NCBI RefSeq assembly: GCF_028641065.1
Contig: NC_073420.1
Location: 1,612,001 to 1,676,000, forward strand
DNA from: Leucoraja erinacea
Taxonomy: Eukaryota
Length of the DNA: 64,000 nt
Direction of reading: 5' to 3'
This document shows positions 63,648 through 64,000 of the stretch, one piece after another. Below the pieces are notes generated by a model. The model saw nothing but the letters and a program-made list of their open reading frames with translations. It was not told the DNA's origin and ran no database searches. Numbering within the stretch: position 1 is the first letter of the stretch; each line of letters starts with the position of its first letter. The position numbers and the translations under genes are program-made.

Positions 63648-64000
63648 GTAACCCGCTCCTGCTCTCTCCCTCCTCCCCCATCTGCAACGCGCCTTCACTC
63701 AGTCCGTGCACACCACGCAATCCCCCACTGTCGGTCATCCTTCAGTGGTTCTACTCTGGGGCTGTAGAAAGCATCTTGCCAGCCAACATCCCAACTCGGC
63801 TTGTACTCGCTAGAATTTAGAAGGTTGAGGGGGGATCTTATAGAAACGTACAAAATTCTTAAGGGGTTGGACAGGCGAGATGCAGGAAGATCGTTCCCGA
63901 TGTTGGGGAAGTCCAGAACACGGGGTCACAGTTTAAGGATAAGGGGGAAATCTTTTAGTACCAAGATGAGAAAAACATTTTTCACACAGAGAGTGGTGAA

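Overview
Gene-dense, repeat-rich vertebrate genomic DNA. The HE1-like V-SINE, CR1 and Rex1 repeat content suggests a cartilaginous fish, probably a skate or ray (inference). Six spliced genes can be rebuilt by hand: the last exon and long 3' UTR of a histone H3.3 gene (+); a 2-exon, ~409-aa SLC30A1/ZnT1-like gene (-) whose metal-transport ligands are degenerate; a ~319-aa C22orf31/DUF4662-like gene (-); a complete UBXN1 (+, 9 coding exons, 290 aa, one probable GC-AG intron); a 2-exon DMAC1 (-, 90 aa); and the 5' end of DPP3 (+). Introns and intergenic DNA are filled with CR1 and Rex1/Babar LINE fragments, V-SINEs, Tc1 relics, three MITE types and Penelope-like (GIY-YIG) elements. The Penelope family has scattered about 20 minimal hammerhead-ribozyme-like motifs, often as inverted pairs. 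The most interesting signals are the ZnT1-like protein that has lost the HD-HD site, the hammerhead-bearing mini-elements, a promoter-like CpG island inside the H3.3 3' UTR, and CpG promoters apparently split by transposon stacks. There is an assembly gap at 55425-56155. Gene names come from my recall of the human proteins; no database search was run.
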